Below, piece by piece: positions 6,581 to 14,309 of a stretch of 32,000 nucleotides of DNA. The stretch spans positions 630,001 through 662,000 of the forward strand of contig NZ_LT934425.1 of NCBI RefSeq assembly GCF_900232105.1, in the 5' to 3' direction. This DNA comes from Candidatus Kuenenia stuttgartensis (lineage in GTDB: Bacteria > Planctomycetota > Brocadiia > Brocadiales > Brocadiaceae). Position 1 is the first letter of the stretch. Each line of letters opens with the position of its first letter. Made by a program: the position numbers and the translations under genes. The notes under the pieces are model-generated. The model was not told the DNA's origin, made no database searches, and saw only the letters and a program-made list of their open reading frames with translations.

Positions 6581-8296
6581 CCTAAATCCTGCAAACGATT
6601 TTCGCAATGCGAAAATCAGTATTTTCCACTACCAAGATTGGCAAAAAGCGATAACAGATATCCGTTTTTTAGCAATTGTGGTAGCGCTATTGTACTACTT
6701 TAAACAAAAAGACATGGGAAATTGTCGGAAACGTGCTCTCTGATGCAATGAAAATCAAGATAGGGATGTACTGTCTCCATCTGCGGTATACTTACCACTC
6801 TCAAAAGACTAAAAAAACGAAATACAACGTCGGTTTTCTACTGAAAAACTACATCCAGTGACATGCGTTCCCACTTTTCCCATTCCTCCTGATGGAGAAA
6901 TTTCTCCGGCAATTTTAATGTCATCTGCCGGCTTCTCTCCACCAGTTTCCCTGCCACACGGATTAACCACAGTCTCATCGTCTTTACTTCCCACTTTTGT
7001 ATCACTCCACCACTGAGCAATCCCATCCACTTCAAAAGATTATACGCTAACACCGCACACTGAAATAGCGCAGCATTGGCCAAAAATTCACCCGTACGTA
7101 TGTGCCCCGCATTCATCTGTCCTTTACTCTCTTCTATCAAAGTCTCGCAGGTAGCCCTCTTTCCATAACAACGATGCGCTTCCATCGGACTTAACCGCTC
7201 CGTTGTAACGTAACAAAAATACTCATACACGGACACTTCTACTAATTTCTTTTCTCTTTTGACCAATTGCCGCACTGCCACAAAACGTCTCGCACGATCC
7301 CACCCTGCACATCGATACCAAAATTCAGCCTGTTCCCATCCTGGCTCCCCTTTCACCTCATTCCATTTCTGCCCTTCAAGCAATCCTTCCAGATTCTTCA
7401 GCTTTACCTTAATCAGATATCCCGCCAATATTGACTCAAGGTATTCAAGTAATTCTCCGGTAAAAAAACCGCTGTCTCCCCGAAATACCACCCTTACCCC
7501 CTTATTCATGTACGCCATACATTCCTTCATGAACTCTACTACTCCGTTACTCGTGTAGGCGCTTCCACAGCGGAACCAACTATGTAATACCTCCTTTGTT
7601 TCTGCAATAAATGCCATTAAGGGATGATACGCCTTCTGCCCCTTCTTGTGCGGATTATATCCTACCTCTGCACCCTCCTGTTTCCCATATACACCATCTA
7701 CGGTAGAATCAACATCTATCCATACTTCGCAAAGAGCACTCCTGAGTTTATGGCCTGATCTCACCGCACGCTTCCATATCTTTCCCCTAAACCGGTGGAT
7801 CACCCCCGTCAGTTCCACTATATCTCCCTGACTCGCCAGCTTCATAATACGTCCTATCGTAGTATCTACAGGTACCTCTTTCCACCCGGACATCTTCTTC
7901 AATACCTCATCTGTACACACCTTCATCACCTCTACCATCGATGTCGCCCCTGCTATCAACCCTATCACTACCATTTGTACCGCATCGACAAACTGATACC
8001 GGGCATTTGCTCCACGATCCTTATGGACCGCTTCATGGACTCTCTCCCGGAACATCAGCTTACCCATAAAATTCAATACCGGTAAAAGCCCTGCATGTAC
8101 CGTTAAGCCTTTCCCGCTCATCTCTGCCTTGATTTTCGGTTGTCTTTTGCTGTATTTTTTTGCTATATTCTTCATCGAAATGGTGAATCTCCTTTCAGGT
8201 GTTTTTTGTTATCAATATACCGCCGAATACCTTGGAAATCCTACCATTTCAATCCTATTCCTGCAACAAGGCTTTGCCTTGTTTGCAGGATTTAGG
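6581..8296 (-). mobile_element. Intact IS1380-family insertion sequence (1716 bp)
   Basis: IR-L CCTAAATCCTGCAAAC (6581-6596) and its perfect reverse complement GTTTGCAGGATTTAGG (8281-8296). 5-bp direct repeat TGAAA at 6576-6580 and 8297-8301. Single 445-aa transposase. IRs starting CC and a 4-5 bp TSD fit the IS1380 family. Confidence 0.9.
6838..8175 (-). CDS. IS1380-family DDE transposase
   Basis: 445 aa. Aligns by eye with ISEcp1-type transposases: LTVHAGLLPVLNF, IDVDSTVDGVYGKQEGAEVGYNPHKKGQKAYHP, FRGDSGFF, YLIKVKL, RRFVAVRQ. Confidence 0.93.
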   Translation of the reverse strand: MKNIAKKYSKRQPKIKAEMSGKGLTVHAGLLPVLNFMGKLMFRERVHEAVHKDRGANARYQFVDAVQMVVIGLIAGATSMVEVMKVCTDEVLKKMSGWKEVPVDTTIGRIMKLASQGDIVELTGVIHRFRGKIWKRAVRSGHKLRSALCEVWIDVDSTVDGVYGKQEGAEVGYNPHKKGQKAYHPLMAFIAETKEVLHSWFRCGSAYTSNGVVEFMKECMAYMNKGVRVVFRGDSGFFTGELLEYLESILAGYLIKVKLKNLEGLLEGQKWNEVKGEPGWEQAEFWYRCAGWDRARRFVAVRQLVKREKKLVEVSVYEYFCYVTTERLSPMEAHRCYGKRATCETLIEESKGQMNAGHIRTGEFLANAALFQCAVLAYNLLKWMGLLSGGVIQKWEVKTMRLWLIRVAGKLVERSRQMTLKLPEKFLHQEEWEKWERMSLDVVFQ

Positions 8297-8410
8297 TGAA
8301 ATTCCAAACAAGCACATCTTTTTTCATGCCTCGTATTGTTTTGCCTGCCTGTGCGCGATTGCACTCAGACAGGGCTGTTTTGGAGTCGTTTTGAATTTTA
8401 TGCTTTGTTA

Positions 8411-8492
8411 TTAGAATTTGTTTCGGATTTCGTACTTAGAATTTCGTATTTTTTACTTCGTGCTTGTTTGTTTCCAGCTACGCCAGCGTGGG
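8411..8492. repeat. Right arm and extension of the dispersed palindromic repeat split by the IS
   Basis: TTAGAATTTGTTTCGGATTTCGTAC followed by TTAGAATTTCGTATTTTTTACTTCGTGCTTGTTTGTTTCCAGCTACGCCAGCGTGGG. Its reverse complement parallels 12489-12545 (GCTGGCTTAGCCAGAACTAAACAAGCACGAGATAAAAAATGCGAAACAAATTC). Confidence 0.7.
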
Positions 8493-8580
8493 TATTTATG
8501 CATGCATTTTTACTGTATACATTGCATTTGACAAGCATATTTGCTTTCCAAAAACCTACGGTTTAACAGAGTTTAAAACA

Positions 8581-8609
8581 TTGACAAATTAACGTTTTAA
8601 CGGTAATAT
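8581..8609 (+). promoter_or_regulatory. Sigma-70-like promoter candidate for tyrA-purSL
   Basis: TTGACA (8581-8586), 17-nt spacer, TAATAT (8604-8609), ~60 nt upstream of the tyrA ATG. Confidence 0.45.
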
Positions 8610-8671
8610 GCGTTTCTCCAACGAATTCCATCTTACCTTCAATTTATACCATTAAATACACATTTTTTATC

Positions 8672-9541
8672 ATGATGCAATTTGGGAATGTTTGCATAGT
8701 CGGTCCCGGTCTTATTGGCGGCTCTATCGGTTTGGCTTTAAGAAAGAGGAATCTGGCAGAGACCGTCATTGGAATCGGACATCAGGCTTCTTCCTTAGAA
8801 AGCGCCCTGAAAATAGGCGCCATAGATGTGGGACATTTAAACGCCGATAATGCAGTCAAAAATGCGGATATTGTTATACTTGCCACTTCGGTGGGTAAAA
8901 TTATTGAGTTTGCAAAACAGGTCATCCCCTTTATGAAAAGCAATTCTGTCCTGACAGACGTAGGAAGCACCAAAAGCTATATCGTCAGGCAGATAACCAA
9001 AGACATGAGAGATGATATTTCTTTTGTAGGAGCACATCCGATTTCCGGTTCAGAGAAAAGAGGCATTGACCATGCTTCCCCGGATCTTTTTGAGGGATGC
9101 ATATGTTTTATAACTCCATTCAACAGCAATAAAAAGGCGGTGGAAACTATTTCTCACTTGTGGAGTTTTCTGGGAGCAAAGGTGGAAAACATCTCTCCTG
9201 AAAGGCATGATGAATTGCTTGCATATGTCAGCCATCTCCCTCACCTTGCCGCATCATGTCTTGTAAATGCTATAGCGGAAGATGACTTAGCCTATGGTGC
9301 AAACGGCTTAAAGGATACCACAAGGGTAGCCTCCGGCGACCCGGAGTCATGGAGGGATATTTTTGGCCAAAACCGTGAAAATATGATAAAGTCAATTGAC
9401 CGGTTTGTGGCAGAACTCACCGCATTTAAAAATGACCTGCTTTCCGGAAATAAAGATATGATACTGAAACGGTTGAAGAAGGCTAAGATATCCCGCGATA
9501 GCATTTTCCATAATAATTCCAGGACGCACGCTAAAGAATAA
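8672..9541 (+). CDS. tyrA: Prephenate/arogenate dehydrogenase
   Basis: N-terminal NAD fold VCIVGPGLIGGSIGLAL, VLTDVGSTK, FVGAHPISGSE catalytic-His region. 289 aa, typical length. Confidence 0.88.
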   Translation: MMQFGNVCIVGPGLIGGSIGLALRKRNLAETVIGIGHQASSLESALKIGAIDVGHLNADNAVKNADIVILATSVGKIIEFAKQVIPFMKSNSVLTDVGSTKSYIVRQITKDMRDDISFVGAHPISGSEKRGIDHASPDLFEGCICFITPFNSNKKAVETISHLWSFLGAKVENISPERHDELLAYVSHLPHLAASCLVNAIAEDDLAYGANGLKDTTRVASGDPESWRDIFGQNRENMIKSIDRFVAELTAFKNDLLSGNKDMILKRLKKAKISRDSIFHNNSRTHAKE

Positions 9542-9554
9542 GCAGGTGGTTTTT

Positions 9555-12422
9555 ATGCATTCAAGAATAGAAGTTTTTTTAAAGGATGAATATGCAGACC
9601 CGCTTGGGAAAAATGTTATATCAGAAATAGAAACCTTTGGTTTAGCGAAAGTAAAAAGCGTCAGAGTCCGGCAGGTCTATATCTTTTTCGGAAAACTGAC
9701 TGAGAATGAATTAGACACTATTGCCAAAAAGCTTTTGGCAGATTCAGTCACGCAACATTACCTATGCACATCAGATTCTTCTCGTCAAACCCCTCACGAA
9801 CACTTCCATATTATAGAAGTAAGCCGTAAACCCGGCGTTATGGACCCTGTTGAACAATCGGTTATAAAAGCGCTTCGGGATATTAATATTTCAGTTGACG
9901 GCGTTAAAACCGCCCATAAATATATGATTGACGCTTCTGTACCTGCAGAGGCGATACCTGTGATTGCAGCAAAGGTTTTGGCAAATACCAATATAGAAGA
10001 CGTATTTATCTATCCTGAAATACCCAAATACCGGCAAACGGTTTTTAGCGCACCTTTTAAAAAGAAAACCATATCACTTATAAATGCACAAGACGTCCAA
10101 TTGGAAAAAATAAGCGCAGAAGGCCAATTGTCGCTAAACATCCATGAGATGCGTGCAATTCAACAACATTATACCACTCTGAGGCGTGAACCAACGGACA
10201 TTGAATTAGAAACCATTGCGCAAACATGGTCTGAACATTGTGTGCATAAGACCATGAAAGGACGTATCAATTTTAACGGAAAAATAATCGACAACTTACT
10301 GAAAAATACTGTGATGAAGGCTACGGAGGAATTGAATGCCCCTTGGTGCGTTTCCGTGTTTAAAGACAATGCGGGTATTATTGAATTTGACGAGGAATAC
10401 AATGTCTGCTTTAAGGTGGAGACCCACAATCACCCTTCTGCAATAGAACCGTACGGAGGCGCCAATACCGGCATTGGCGGGGTAATTCGGGACATTATGG
10501 GCACGGGCCTGGGGGCAAAACCGATCCTGAATACCGATGTGTTTTGCTTTGGGATGCCAGATACGCCGCCTGAGAAGATTCCTAAAGGCGCTTTGCATCC
10601 AAAGAAGGTTTTTAAAGGTGTTGTTGCAGGGGTAAGAGACTATGGCAATCGCATGGGGATACCCACGGTGAACGGCGCCATTTATTTTGATGAACGGTAT
10701 ATCGGGAACCCCATTGTTTTCTGCGGTACGGCAGGCATTATCCCAAAGAATATGTGCCAGAAAGAATCCCGGCCTGATGATCTTATCGTTGTTGTGGGCG
10801 GGCGAACCGGGCGTGATGGCATTCATGGCGCAACGTTTTCTTCGGCAGAGTTGAATGAGCAGTCAGAACACATGTCAGGCGGCGCTGTCCAGATTGGCAA
10901 TGCAATAACGGAGAAGATGACACTTGATACGCTGTTGCAGGCGCGCGACAGGGGATTGTACAACTGTATTACCGATTGCGGTGCGGGTGGATTATCTTCC
11001 GCTGTGGGCGAAATGGGACAGTATACAGGGGCTTGTGTTTATCTGGAGAAGGTTCCGCTGAAATATGAAGGGCTTTCCTACGCTGAAATATGGATTTCCG
11101 AGTCGCAGGAGCGCATGGTTCTTTCCGTTCCAAAAGAAAAGGAAATGGAGATTATTACCTTATTTAATGCAGAAAATGTTGAAGCGACAGTTATTGGGCA
11201 CTTCACCGGCGACAACATGCTTCGGTTGTATTATCAGTCGGAAATGGTCGGCGAGCTGGAAATGGATTTCCTCCACAATGGCTTGCCACGATTAGAACGG
11301 GAAGCAATATGGAACGCGCCCGGTTTTGAAGAACCATCCCTCCCCGAAAAAGAAAATTATGGAACTGATTTAAAGAAACTACTTTCTGAATGGAATATTT
11401 GCAGCAAGGAATGGGTAATCCGGCAGTATGACCATGAAGTGCAGGGTGGAAGCGTTCTGAAACCGCTTCAGGGTGTGCAGAATGACGGGCCTGGTGATGC
11501 AAGTATTATTAAGCCGGTACTGTGGCGAAACAAGGGCATTATTGTATCAAATGGCATGAACCCCCGCTATGGCGATATTGACCCCTATCATATGGCCGCA
11601 TCTGCCATTGACGAGGCATTACGCCAGATTATCTCCGTTGGCGGAAATTTAAAGCGCGTTGCCTTGCTGGATAATTTTTGCTGGGGCAACACAAATAAAC
11701 CCGACCGCCTTGGAAGCCTTGTCATGGCTGCACAGGCTTGTTACGATATTGCCGTGGCTTACGGGACGCCGTTTATTTCCGGAAAGGATAGTTTGAATAA
11801 TGAATTTATTACAGAGACGGAAACAATTGTTATACCGCCTACGCTTCTCATATCTGCGATTTCCGTTTTGGATGATGTAAGGAATGCCGTATCCATGAAT
11901 GCAAAGGAACCGGGAAATTTAATATATCTCGTCGGCGTGACCCGTAATGAATTAGGCGGTTCGCATTATTACTATATTCATGGGCATAAAGGGAAAAATG
12001 TGCCGGTGGTGAATGCTTTTTCAGGAAAAAAAACCATGAATACCCTGTCGATAGCAACAGCCCATGGCATTGTGCGGTCGTGCCATGATTGCTCGGAAGG
12101 CGGATTGGCCGTTGCAGCGGCAGAGATGGCATTTGCCGGAGGCTGTGGGATGGAACTTAATCTTTCTCAGGCAGTTGTCGAGGGCGAAATAACAAGAAAT
12201 GACACGATCCTTTTCTCTGAAACCAACACGCGATTCCTTGTTGAGGTTAAGCCGGAACATAAAATAGAATTTGAGGCAGTGATGAAAGACGTACCCCACG
12301 GTTTATTGGGCAAAGTAAGACAGGAACCCTGTCTGAAAATTATCGGTTTAAACAATATCACTATCATAGAAGAAGACATTTATGCCTTGAAAGAAGCATG
12401 GCAGTCTCCGCTTCGATGGTAA
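9555..12422 (+). CDS. purL: Phosphoribosylformylglycinamidine synthase, PurS-PurS-PurL fusion
   Basis: PurL core (WSEHCVHKT, ETHNHPSAIEPYGGANTGIGGVIRD, two AIR-synthase-like halves) preceded by two PurS-like modules. Start set at ATG 9555 behind AGGTGG (9544-9549); the track uses GTG 9546. Confidence 0.93.
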   Translation: MHSRIEVFLKDEYADPLGKNVISEIETFGLAKVKSVRVRQVYIFFGKLTENELDTIAKKLLADSVTQHYLCTSDSSRQTPHEHFHIIEVSRKPGVMDPVEQSVIKALRDINISVDGVKTAHKYMIDASVPAEAIPVIAAKVLANTNIEDVFIYPEIPKYRQTVFSAPFKKKTISLINAQDVQLEKISAEGQLSLNIHEMRAIQQHYTTLRREPTDIELETIAQTWSEHCVHKTMKGRINFNGKIIDNLLKNTVMKATEELNAPWCVSVFKDNAGIIEFDEEYNVCFKVETHNHPSAIEPYGGANTGIGGVIRDIMGTGLGAKPILNTDVFCFGMPDTPPEKIPKGALHPKKVFKGVVAGVRDYGNRMGIPTVNGAIYFDERYIGNPIVFCGTAGIIPKNMCQKESRPDDLIVVVGGRTGRDGIHGATFSSAELNEQSEHMSGGAVQIGNAITEKMTLDTLLQARDRGLYNCITDCGAGGLSSAVGEMGQYTGACVYLEKVPLKYEGLSYAEIWISESQERMVLSVPKEKEMEIITLFNAENVEATVIGHFTGDNMLRLYYQSEMVGELEMDFLHNGLPRLEREAIWNAPGFEEPSLPEKENYGTDLKKLLSEWNICSKEWVIRQYDHEVQGGSVLKPLQGVQNDGPGDASIIKPVLWRNKGIIVSNGMNPRYGDIDPYHMAASAIDEALRQIISVGGNLKRVALLDNFCWGNTNKPDRLGSLVMAAQACYDIAVAYGTPFISGKDSLNNEFITETETIVIPPTLLISAISVLDDVRNAVSMNAKEPGNLIYLVGVTRNELGGSHYYYIHGHKGKNVPVVNAFSGKKTMNTLSIATAHGIVRSCHDCSEGGLAVAAAEMAFAGGCGMELNLSQAVVEGEITRNDTILFSETNTRFLVEVKPEHKIEFEAVMKDVPHGLLGKVRQEPCLKIIGLNNITIIEEDIYALKEAWQSPLRW

Positions 12423-12488
12423 TGCGTATGGATGGGTAAGAAAAACCTGTTTTTGACCTGTCTGACTGGAGCAAACATTCACCACTAA

Positions 12489-12617
12489 GCTGGCTTAGCC
12501 AGAACTAAACAAGCACGAGATAAAAAATGCGAAACAAATTCCAAAATACAAAATCCAATGAAAAAAACCGGGTCTTGAATATTTGAAAATTAAAATTTAG
12601 AATTTGTTTCGGATTTC
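12489..12617. repeat. Uninterrupted copy of the CGAAA(TC)CGAAACAAATTC palindromic repeat family
   Basis: GCTGGCTTAGCCAG..AAACAAGCACGAG..GCGAAACAAATTCCAAAA..loop..TTAGAATTTGTTTCGGATTTC. Lies in the 296-bp purSL-purQ spacer. Confidence 0.75.
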
Positions 12618-12718
12618 ACCATCAAATATTTTGCCAAAAAGCACGCACTGACGAATGGAAGTGTGCGAAGAAATTACTGATACTCCTCTTCATTTGTTAT
12701 TGATTCAAGGTATTTTCC

Positions 12719-13504
12719 ATGAAAACTCCAAAAATCTTAGTCCTTCGGGCTGCCGGAACAAATTGCGACAACGAAACGAAGTACGCCTTTGAAAAAGCTG
12801 GAGCAAAGGCAGAGGTAATTCATATTAACGTCCTGCTGAGCAATAAAAAAATACTGGAGAACTATCAATTATTAGCTTTACCTGGAGGGTTTACTTACGG
12901 GGATGATGTGGCTGCAGGTAAAATTCTGGCAAACCAGATAAAATACAATCTGGAAGATGAAATAAAAAATTTTATTGATGCAAAAAAACTCATTCTGGGC
13001 ATATGCAATGGTTTTCAGGTGCTGGTGAGAGCGGGTTTGCTGCCTTCGTTTGAAAGATTTCATCAGGAAGCAACGTTAACCCACAACGATTCCAATAAAT
13101 TTGAAGATCGTTGGGTGTATTTAAAAATTTGTGCTGACACATCATATTTTATACGCCGGGAGCATGCTCCAATTCTTTATTTGCCGGTAGCACACGGCGA
13201 AGGCAAATTCCTCGCAAAGGACAAAGATGTTTTGGATAAAATAGTGAAAAACCGCCAGATAGTCTTTCAATATGTTGATGAGAATGGGGAAGATGCGGGC
13301 TATCCTATGAACCCCAATGGGTCGGTTCTGAATATAGCAGGCATTTGTGACCAGACGGGGCAAATTTTAGGCATGATGCCGCACCCCGAAAGAAATGTTG
13401 ACCCAACACAACATCCATGCTGGACACGTCAGGGACTGAAAGATTCGGGGGATGGCTTTTTGATTTTTAAAAATGCGGTTCAATATATAAAGGAATTTTT
13501 TTAA
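12719..13504 (+). CDS. purQ: Phosphoribosylformylglycinamidine synthase glutaminase subunit PurQ
   Basis: Class-I glutamine amidotransferase triad context: LGICNGFQVL (nucleophile Cys) and MMPHPER (His/Glu). 261 aa. Confidence 0.93.
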   Translation: MKTPKILVLRAAGTNCDNETKYAFEKAGAKAEVIHINVLLSNKKILENYQLLALPGGFTYGDDVAAGKILANQIKYNLEDEIKNFIDAKKLILGICNGFQVLVRAGLLPSFERFHQEATLTHNDSNKFEDRWVYLKICADTSYFIRREHAPILYLPVAHGEGKFLAKDKDVLDKIVKNRQIVFQYVDENGEDAGYPMNPNGSVLNIAGICDQTGQILGMMPHPERNVDPTQHPCWTRQGLKDSGDGFLIFKNAVQYIKEFF

Positions 13505-13524
13505 ACTTTTACAATAAGTAAGAG

Positions 13525-13597
13525 CGAAGCATTTGCTCGTTTGGGTATGAAAGCATTTATAACAATATACAGCATACAGCAAATGCTTTGCCCCTAC
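13525..13597. repeat. Second copy of the CGAAGCATTTGC-armed element with tail CCCCTAC
   Basis: Arms at 13525-13536 and 13579-13590, tail at 13591-13597. The loop is the reverse complement of the loop at 4209-4245. Confidence 0.75.
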
Positions 13598-13659
13598 ATT
13601 AACAATAGTAAGAAAGCATTACCGGAATAGTATATTTTTTATTGCAAGGAGAAGTAATT

Positions 13660-14130
13660 ATGTCGGATGAAGTAAATTCATTATCATTTAATTTAGACAA
13701 ATGTCATGCCATTCTTTCCCGTGCCGCGTCAAACGATTTAATTCCGATATTACAGGAGATGCAGGAGGAGTACGGATATTTGCCCCTGACGGCAATGGAA
13801 GAAGTGTCGGTGCGGACGGACATACCGTTGAGCAGGATATACGGAGTCGTGACTTTTTATTCGCAATTTTCGCTGGTTCCCCGAGGAAAACATACCGTCA
13901 GGCTGTGCGCCGGCACTGCCTGCCACATAAAGGGCGCCCCGGACATCGGGGAGAAAATAGCAGACGTCCTGCAGGTAAAAGAAGGCGAAACAACACCTGA
14001 CTATAAATTTACCCATAAAACGGTAGCATGTTTAGGCACGTGTTTTTTGGCGCCTGTAATGATGATAGACGACCGCTATTATGGGAAATTGACTGAAGAA
14101 AAAACCGAGGAAATTCTCAAGAGTTATTAG
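13660..14130 (+). CDS. NuoE-type thioredoxin-like [2Fe-2S] subunit (NADH dehydrogenase 24-kDa / HndA / HoxE class)
   Basis: Cys pattern C-x4-C (RLCAGTACHIKG) and C-x3-C (VACLGTCFLAPV). Start moved to ATG 13660 behind AAGGAGAAG; the track uses TTG 13642. Confidence 0.85.
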   Translation: MSDEVNSLSFNLDKCHAILSRAASNDLIPILQEMQEEYGYLPLTAMEEVSVRTDIPLSRIYGVVTFYSQFSLVPRGKHTVRLCAGTACHIKGAPDIGEKIADVLQVKEGETTPDYKFTHKTVACLGTCFLAPVMMIDDRYYGKLTEEKTEEILKSY

Positions 14131-14185
14131 GGAATTTTAGATTTTAAATGTTAAATTTTAAATTAATTCAGAATTCAACATTTCG

Positions 14186-14237
14186 GAAGCGAGTTGTGCT
14201 TCGGTAGTTAAATAGATTACACTAAATAGTTACAATA
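14186..14237. repeat. Right-half copy of the 4306-4434 MITE, inside the nuoE-nuoF spacer
   Basis: GGAAGCGAGTTGTGCTTCGGTAGTTAAATAGATTACACTAAATAGTTACAAT parallels 4378-4436. Flanked by duplicated AATTCAGAATTC..AACATTTC blocks (14165-14184 and 14251-14284). Confidence 0.65.
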
Positions 14238-14309
14238 TTAAATTAATTTTAATTCAGAATTCAGAATTTAAAATTCAACATTTCTATTAGGAATGGAGGA
14301 GAAGTGTTA

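Noticed and set aside
10296-10826. Long antisense ORFs in the track (e.g. 10296-10826 minus inside purL, 15065-15538 minus inside nuoF, 22635-23216 minus inside the transposase)
   Set aside because: They lie fully inside strongly supported genes on the opposite strand. Their translations are low-complexity or Arg/Cys/His-rich with no motifs. These are typical shadow ORFs.
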